A stretch of 54,378 nucleotides of DNA from an uncultured Candidatus Saccharibacteria bacterium. Its GTDB lineage: Bacteria > Patescibacteriota > Saccharimonadia > Saccharimonadales > Saccharimonadaceae. The notes under the pieces were generated by a model. The model was not told the DNA's origin. It ran no database searches and saw only the letters and a list, made by a program, of their open reading frames with translations. Below are positions 48,857-54,378 of the stretch, one piece after another; within the stretch, counting starts at the first letter, position 1; each line of letters opens with the position of its first letter. Location of the stretch: assembly GCA_964450025.1 (NCBI GenBank), contig CAYVCA010000001.1, positions 1 to 54,378 on the forward strand, read 5' to 3'. The position numbers and the translations under genes are program-made.

Positions 48857-49819
48857 GTGAGGACGGTTGATTCAGAGGAGCATTATAGGAATTTTGGATT
48901 TTGGAATGAGCCTACGCAAAGAAGCCTCTGTAGCTTGACGGTCGGAATAGCTGGTAATGGGGGTACCGGAAACGCAGTTGGTATCGCTCTTGCGCAAATG
49001 GGAGTTCAGAGATTCGTTCTAGCCGACCCAGAGCCTTTTGATAGGGTGAATATGAACCGTGTACAGGGCGCTCGCGAGAGCACATTAGGACGCAACAAAG
49101 CAGAGGTGTTAAAAGAAGACATTATTGCGATTAATCCGGACGCGCAAATAGATGTATATCCTGAGGGTGTTAATCCAGACAATATTGAAGAGTTTTTTTC
49201 AAGACGCAGGGTAGACGTAGTTCTAAATGGCCTCGAACTAACGAGACCCGAGTTAGGTACAATGCTGGCTCGGCAAGCTCGCCGTGCGTACAGGGTAGGT
49301 GACGAAATAAAAGGAATTCCCTTAATAGCCGTTGAGTATATAGGGTATGCTGGGCAAGGCTATGTGATAGATCCAAAAAGCAAGATGACATTCGAGAGGT
49401 TGATGGGTATCAAAGGAGGAGAACTCGCACCGCTGGATGAGATTGCTGAACAAGCAATTAGCCCAGATAGATATTTGGCATATCTCCCGCCCTACGGCGA
49501 TCTAACCACTCTTCAGGCAATAAAGGACGGGGCGCCGCTTCCGTCTAACGCGATAGGTGCTGGTGTTGCCGCCGATATAGCCAAGGCAGAGGTGCTTAAG
49601 CTGGCTAGATTGAGGGTTGGCGAAAAAACACTAGACCCGACATGGGCGCCTAGGGTACGATGGTACGATGCATACACGGGCAGGAGTGGACAAACACTAC
49701 ACCCACGGCTCTCATACTACAGGCATCTTGTGTCTGTGGCAGCGCTTAGTATGTTTGGTGCGAATGAGCCAGCGAGCTACACTACCAAGGCTCGTGAGGC
49801 TCGTGGTGATATCGAGTAG
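48857..49819 (+). CDS. ThiF/E1-like adenylyltransferase (MoeW/TcdA-like)
   Basis: GIAGNGGTG, LADPEPFDRVNMNR, LGRNKAEV..INP; no CxxC zinc motifs. Confidence 0.85.
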   Translation: MRTVDSEEHYRNFGFWNEPTQRSLCSLTVGIAGNGGTGNAVGIALAQMGVQRFVLADPEPFDRVNMNRVQGARESTLGRNKAEVLKEDIIAINPDAQIDVYPEGVNPDNIEEFFSRRRVDVVLNGLELTRPELGTMLARQARRAYRVGDEIKGIPLIAVEYIGYAGQGYVIDPKSKMTFERLMGIKGGELAPLDEIAEQAISPDRYLAYLPPYGDLTTLQAIKDGAPLPSNAIGAGVAADIAKAEVLKLARLRVGEKTLDPTWAPRVRWYDAYTGRSGQTLHPRLSYYRHLVSVAALSMFGANEPASYTTKAREARGDIE

Positions 49820-49880
49820 GGTGATAATGTTCCTTGTGGTTGTTTTAAAAAATAACTAGTTGATGTAAACTAATACCAGA

Positions 49881-52022
49881 GTGAGAGACTTTTACCTTGT
49901 ATTGAATAGTTCTGTTGCGGTCGCTATCGTTATTCTAGGGCTGGTAGTTTTCTTGACGAATAAAAGAAGTAGAATAAATCATTTATTCTCGCTATTCTCC
50001 CTGTCTACAGCGGTATGGGTTGTTGCTGCATGCGTGAGTAATGATATACGTCTTGGCGATAAGGTTTCTCTTTATGGTAATTACTTGGTGTTCATGTTTA
50101 GCTACTTCGCCTCCTTTTTTTTGCTCTGGTTTGTAGTTAGGTTGGTTTCTGTAGAGCAGGTCGTCAAAAGGCTAAGGATAATATCACCTTTCGTTATTTT
50201 TGTGGGCGCTCTTTCGGCCACCCCGCTGGTGGTAGCGGGGGTGACACCTCAAGAACATGTATATGCTGTCGAGTTTGGGGTTCTTGCGCCTCTCTATGGG
50301 GTATTGTTAATAGGGCAGCTAATAGCTTCTGTAGTTATATTAGTACTGGGGCTTAAAGGCGCAAGGAGTCGAAATCGTCGACAGATTATAATTATAATAA
50401 GAGCATTAATAGTAGCGCTGCCAGTTCTTGTTATCACTCAATTTATTGCTCCGGCCATGACGGGATCTTTTGAGATTACAGATTCTGGGATTCTTATCAT
50501 GGCATTACCGGTCTATGCCTTATATATAAGCGTTTTTCGACACGGACTCTTTGACATTCGTCTTGCTGCAATTCGATCAGTTGGCTACGGCCTAACTATT
50601 GCAGCTATGGCTGGCGTGTATATTTTGCTTGCATATGCTGTGTCGTTTGTGTTTTTCGGTGGTAATGTGACGAGTGGGGTAGGGTTGAGCCCGGCGAATA
50701 TTGCAATTGCACTTATTTTGGCCTTTATTTTTCAGCCCATCAAACACTTTTTTGACCAGGCGACAAACAGGATTTTTTATAGAGGCGAGTATGATACGGA
50801 GGAGTTTTTCCGGGGCATTGGTAGGATTCTTTCTTTTGATACAGACCTGCGGATGCTGCTTCGTCAAACGAGTGAATATGTAAGCAATAACCTCAAGGCT
50901 GACAGGGTCTTCTTTTATATAAATGGACGGGGCGTATTTGGGGAGCGTGGACTCAGAAAGACATCATTTCCCGCAGTCGATATTGATGAGATAGTCCGAT
51001 ATTATCAAAAACACCACGAGGCATCCGAGGCGATTGTAGAAGGGTTCGTACAGGACGAAGCCATCAAACGTATTTTGATGAGCCATCGGGTAAAGATTGT
51101 CTTGCCGCTAATTCTACAAAAAAATGTAATTGGCTGTCTGTTCATTGGAGAGCATAAAAGCCGCGGTTTTTCACCGAGAGATGTTAGAACACTGGAATCT
51201 ATTTCTAATGAGCTGACGATTGCCGTACAAAACTCGCTCTCTGTTGAGGAGATTCGTGAACTGAACCAGACCTTGCAGCGCAAGGTTGAGGATGCCACAA
51301 AAGAACTCCGCGCTAGCAACCGCCAGCTACAAAAACTTGATGAAGCTAAGAATGAGTTTATGTCGATGGCCTCTCATCAACTCAGAACTCCGCTCACTAG
51401 TATTAAGGGCTATCTTGACATGGTTCTCCAGGGCGACCTAGGGAAGGTGAATGCAACGCAGAAGACTGTGTTGTCCGAGGCGTTCCTGTCAAGTGAGAGA
51501 ATGGTTGCGCTAATTAACGACTTCTTAAATGTATCCCGTCTACAAACAGGCAAGTTCACGATTGACCGCAGGGAGGGGGACTTAAAAGAAGTGGTCAAGG
51601 GCCAGGTCAGGATGCTCAAGGTGGTAGCGAAACAGCACGATCTGGTTATAAAAGAGGCGATAGACAAGAATGTCCCAGTGATGGACATGGACGCCGACAA
51701 ACTCCAGCAAGTAGTACTGAATTTTATAGACAATGCCATTTACTACTCCAAGCCAAAAACTACGATCCAGGTTAAGTTGGAAATGAAGGGCAAAGAGGTT
51801 GAGTTTACAGTTCAGGATACGGGAATTGGTGTGCCGCAAGAGGAACAGGCGGGACTGTTTGGTAAATTTTTCCGGGCCAGCAATGCCAAGAAGCGGCGAC
51901 CCGATGGTACAGGAGTTGGGCTGTTTTTGACTAAAAAAGTCATCACACTGCATGGCGGGCAGGTGATATTTTCCTCAGAGGAGAACAAGGGCAGTACTTT
52001 TGGTTTCAGGCTGCCAGTCTAG
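49881..52022 (+). CDS. sensor histidine kinase (7TM-type input, GAF, HisKA, HATPase)
   Basis: about 9 TMs; GAF (VLPL..IGCL..GF..DV..L); SHQLRTPL, NFIDNAIYYS, DTGIG, GTGVGL. Confidence 0.92.
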   Translation: MRDFYLVLNSSVAVAIVILGLVVFLTNKRSRINHLFSLFSLSTAVWVVAACVSNDIRLGDKVSLYGNYLVFMFSYFASFFLLWFVVRLVSVEQVVKRLRIISPFVIFVGALSATPLVVAGVTPQEHVYAVEFGVLAPLYGVLLIGQLIASVVILVLGLKGARSRNRRQIIIIIRALIVALPVLVITQFIAPAMTGSFEITDSGILIMALPVYALYISVFRHGLFDIRLAAIRSVGYGLTIAAMAGVYILLAYAVSFVFFGGNVTSGVGLSPANIAIALILAFIFQPIKHFFDQATNRIFYRGEYDTEEFFRGIGRILSFDTDLRMLLRQTSEYVSNNLKADRVFFYINGRGVFGERGLRKTSFPAVDIDEIVRYYQKHHEASEAIVEGFVQDEAIKRILMSHRVKIVLPLILQKNVIGCLFIGEHKSRGFSPRDVRTLESISNELTIAVQNSLSVEEIRELNQTLQRKVEDATKELRASNRQLQKLDEAKNEFMSMASHQLRTPLTSIKGYLDMVLQGDLGKVNATQKTVLSEAFLSSERMVALINDFLNVSRLQTGKFTIDRREGDLKEVVKGQVRMLKVVAKQHDLVIKEAIDKNVPVMDMDADKLQQVVLNFIDNAIYYSKPKTTIQVKLEMKGKEVEFTVQDTGIGVPQEEQAGLFGKFFRASNAKKRRPDGTGVGLFLTKKVITLHGGQVIFSSEENKGSTFGFRLPV

Positions 52023-52040
52023 TCAATTTTAGTTTGGTGG

Positions 52041-52253
52041 CTAAAATAAGCTGGCAATTCCAGTAATAATAAGTATCAACACAACCACGACAAGCGCAGC
52101 GGTTTTACCAATCTTAACCAGCTGCTTGTTTTCAAATAGCCATTGCCGAACTGGTCCTCGCTGAACAGCCTGTACCTTGGTAATTGTCGGGCGAACCTGT
52201 GCCGCGTCTGCACCTGTGTATTTCTTGGAGCGCTTCTTCTTGGATTGACTCAT
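52041..52253 (-). CDS. small basic membrane protein
   Basis: MSQSKKKRSKKYTGADA; C-terminal TM. Confidence 0.65.
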   Translation of the reverse strand: MSQSKKKRSKKYTGADAAQVRPTITKVQAVQRGPVRQWLFENKQLVKIGKTAALVVVVLILIITGIASLF

Positions 52254-52270
52254 GAAGCTATAATACAACG

Positions 52271-52298
52271 AAAACACCCCTCACGGAAGGGGTGTTTT
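52271..52298 (-). terminator. intrinsic terminator of the LPxTG protein gene
   Basis: aaaacacccct / aggggtgtttt. Confidence 0.75.
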
Positions 52299-52314
52299 AT
52301 GACTTATCCCCGAG

Positions 52315-53238
52315 CTAGAGCGTCGTTCGTCGACTTACAGCATAGCCAATCAGTGATGTGATGAGGGCGCTACCGCCAATTACATTCAGTATTCCGTCAC
52401 CAGCACCAGTTTGAGGAAGCTCTGCGACGGGTGGGGGAGTGGGTGTCACTTCGGCTTCTTGGCAGTCTTCTGGGTTCATGGAATGTAACCTACCGTTATA
52501 TTCGCTCTTATTTATCGTGACAGGATACTCCTTAGTCTTCAGTACACAGACAACCATCGTCTCAGGCTCAGGCTTTGGCTTTTCCTGACAATCTTCTGAA
52601 TCGGTTGAGTGTTTCTTTGGGTTAAAGTCATCCTTATCTATCGTGACAGGATATTCCTTAGTCTTCAGCACACAGACAACCATCGTCTCAGGCTCAGGCT
52701 TTGGTTCAGGTTTTGGTTCAGGCGTTGGCGTTACTGGCTTACCTTTGACCGGGTTGCCACAGTCTTTCACTACAGCACCCTGGAAACGGCCGTCTTTGTC
52801 GAGAATGACATATGATGCGAGCGTCTTGGATCTGAAGGAGTCTGAAGTAGGGCTTTCGTAGTATGTTGTGCCGCCATGCGTTCTTTTGACTCGCTGGGTG
52901 GTGTGTGACATAACGGTTCGGCCGGCTGATGATGCGTCGGTCGCCACTACTTTGCCATCTACTTTGACCTTGCCGTCTTTACCAACAGTCCCCTCTTTGA
53001 TCGTGGAGTTGTTGATCATGTTGCTAGAAATACCCATGCCATTAAAAATATTTTTAAGCCCTGGCGTAGAGTCATTGTTGTAGGCTTTGCGCAGTTCGGA
53101 CACACTCCAGACACCGCACTTTGCTACGGCACTAGCCGAGCAGTCCTTGCCGTAAGCGGGGTTCAGCAAGTTATCTACTAGCATAAAAGCTGTTGATATT
53201 GCTATCACCGCGAACAGTGATAATATAATTCTTTTCAT
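52315..53238 (-). CDS. LPxTG sortase-anchored surface protein
   Basis: signal peptide; PEPK linker; duplicated Cys module; ELPQTG, hydrophobic segment and RR tail. Confidence 0.82.
   Translation of the reverse strand: MKRIILSLFAVIAISTAFMLVDNLLNPAYGKDCSASAVAKCGVWSVSELRKAYNNDSTPGLKNIFNGMGISSNMINNSTIKEGTVGKDGKVKVDGKVVATDASSAGRTVMSHTTQRVKRTHGGTTYYESPTSDSFRSKTLASYVILDKDGRFQGAVVKDCGNPVKGKPVTPTPEPKPEPKPEPETMVVCVLKTKEYPVTIDKDDFNPKKHSTDSEDCQEKPKPEPETMVVCVLKTKEYPVTINKSEYNGRLHSMNPEDCQEAEVTPTPPPVAELPQTGAGDGILNVIGGSALITSLIGYAVSRRTTL
52513..52704 (-). repeat. internal 66-bp duplication at a 126-bp period
   Basis: 52513-52578 vs 52639-52704, 2 mismatches (PKPEPETMVVCVLKTKEYPVTI). Confidence 0.9.
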
Positions 53239-53433
53239 ATCCACTACTCTCACTCTTCTCCCACTCCTTGGTTAGACAGCATCTTACCGCCTCTTGACTA
53301 ATATTATCATACATAATAGAAAAAGTCAATAGCACAAGCATATTCAATCTGAAAATCACCAAATTCAATACAATGGCCAGTCGCGGTCTGTCTTTACTCG
53401 CGCTCTCGAATCTGTTATAGTGTCTTTGCACGT

Positions 53434-53508
53434 GGCCCCATCGTCTAACGGTTAGGACACCAGGTTTTCATCCTGGCAATCGGAGTTCGATTCTCCGTGG
53501 GGTCACCA
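53434..53508 (+). tRNA. tRNA-Glu(TTC)
   Basis: GGCCCCA/TGGGGTC acceptor stem, CCAGG-TTTTCAT-CCTGG, CCA. Confidence 0.96.
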
Positions 53509-53535
53509 TAAGAGAAGATTGCACATTTAGTGCGC

Positions 53536-53574
53536 AAAAGAGTTCGCTTACCCCTGGTAATGCGGACTCTTTTT
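53536..53574 (+). terminator. terminator-like hairpin after tRNA-Glu
   Basis: aaaagagttcgc..ttacc / ggtaa..gcggactcttttt. Confidence 0.6.
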
Positions 53575-53925
53575 GAGTTCCAGATTATCTTCTTTGCATA
53601 CTGGAGCTTTACCGAAGAGGGCGCTGAAATATTGAGCTTTGAGCTCGTGTATTTTGAGTTATTGAGAGGGCTTTCTGCCTCTTTGCCTGAAAGGCTAGGG
53701 TGACACCAAAGCCGTCAGGGCGGAGATTTATGAGACGGTATGTGAAGTAATCACCTGAGGAGCGAAAACAGCGCGAGGCGGATGAGCTGATTACTACGGT
53801 GATACCGACAATAAATAACCGCAAGTAGCCACTCACCGCTACAGATCCTCGGCGGATGCCTGTCTAAGCTCGAACCGCGATGCGACATGTCGATTAATCA
53901 CTGTTTTGAGGTATAATCAGAGTAT

Positions 53926-54087
53926 ATGGCATTCAACGAAGCAACCCGAGTACAAATTCCAGCGCTTATCCACCTGACGCGTCTTGGCTATGATTATTTT
54001 TTACCACTCACACTTGGCCATGAGATAGACAAAGACAAGATGATCGGGCTGGTGTTGTTGATGTTAAAAGTGGATAATGGAAGATAA
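53926..54087 (+). pseudogene. N-terminal remnant of a type I restriction subunit HsdR
   Basis: MAFNEATRVQIPALIHLTRLGYDYF resembles HsdR N-termini; stops after 53 aa; below the ORF track cutoff. Confidence 0.65.
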
Positions 54088-54088
54088 T

Positions 54089-54378
54089 ATGGAAAAAGTT
54101 TTACAGAAACTCACGAAACTAATTGAAACGGACGATAAATATATTGTTGAGGGGGCGTTGAATCGTAACTTGCTGGCGGAGGATGCTCGTAAGTATGAGA
54201 CCGGCTTACTGAACCTCCTGCAAAAAGATAAGGATCTCAAGAGGCACTTCTTTGCAGAGACGGATGGCGGGCTCGTGTTCAAAAAAGACGTCTTTTTGCA
54301 ATTCATCAGCAACAAAGAGTTTTTGCCGGATAGCTACACGCGTTACGCCAACAAAATCGGGCTCGGCAGCGATGACGG
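54089..54378 (+). CDS. type III restriction-modification methyltransferase (Mod), N-terminal part running off the window
   Basis: LKRHFF...GLVFKKDVFLQFISNKEFLPDSYTRYANKIGL typical of Mod N-termini; start 54077 or 54089. Confidence 0.75.
   Translation, partial: MEKVLQKLTKLIETDDKYIVEGALNRNLLAEDARKYETGLLNLLQKDKDLKRHFFAETDGGLVFKKDVFLQFISNKEFLPDSYTRYANKIGLGSDD

Noticed and set aside
48857-49819. ThiF as part of a ubiquitin-like, CBASS or thiamine/molybdopterin system
   Set aside because: No E2, JAB, ThiS/MoaD-like GG-terminal partner or CD-NTase nearby, and the zinc motifs are absent.
53580-53880. Intact gene between tRNA-Glu and the HsdR stub
   Set aside because: Only short broken frames with no recognisable product.
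164-54315. Numerous antisense and shadow ORFs in the six-frame track
   Set aside because: They lie within well-supported genes on another frame or strand and show no motifs.
1-54378. Alternative genetic code (TGA=Gly as in code 25, or TAG recoding)
   Set aside because: Conserved genes end normally at TGA (tsaE, murT) and TAG (recA, rny, ruvB); only one isolated internal TAG was seen.
1-54378. CRISPR array, prophage, IS element or integrase
   Set aside because: No regularly spaced repeat-spacer array and no transposase, integrase or phage structural motifs were seen.

Overview
This is chromosomal DNA from a small-genome monoderm bacterium, most consistent with Candidatus Saccharibacteria (Patescibacteria/CPR). 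That assignment is inferred from gene content: short TsaB, ComEC without a beta-lactamase domain, a TM-anchored Clp ATPase, HTH-MurA, MurT/GatD, an LPxTG protein, tRNA-Gly with A73, and TGA used as stop (code 11). The backbone carries comEC, yebC, ruvC/PBP1A/ruvA/ruvB, recA/recX, a type IV pilus operon (pilB-pilC-pilM-pilN-pilO), six prepilin-type genes, tsaE/tsaB, rny, murT/gatD, murB, glyA, murA, a glucan phosphorylase, folD and eight tRNAs. The best candidate for an undescribed system is at 47.4-52.0 kb: a LuxI/FeeM-like N-acyltransferase, a ThiF-like adenylating enzyme, a 7TM-GAF histidine kinase and a divergent single-domain response regulator, which together look like a signal synthase-receptor (quorum-sensing-like) module. 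Other notable items are an operon with four ATP-grasp ligases and a RimB-like protease, a structured tRNA-Lys-linked duplication, tandem major pilins with an identical 5' block and divergent 3' ends, a palindromic operator candidate on the HTH-murA promoter, a gene broken by a single in-frame TAG, pervasive leaderless-type promoters, and a restriction-modification hotspot after tRNA-Glu. All calls come from motif recognition by eye; no database searches were run.
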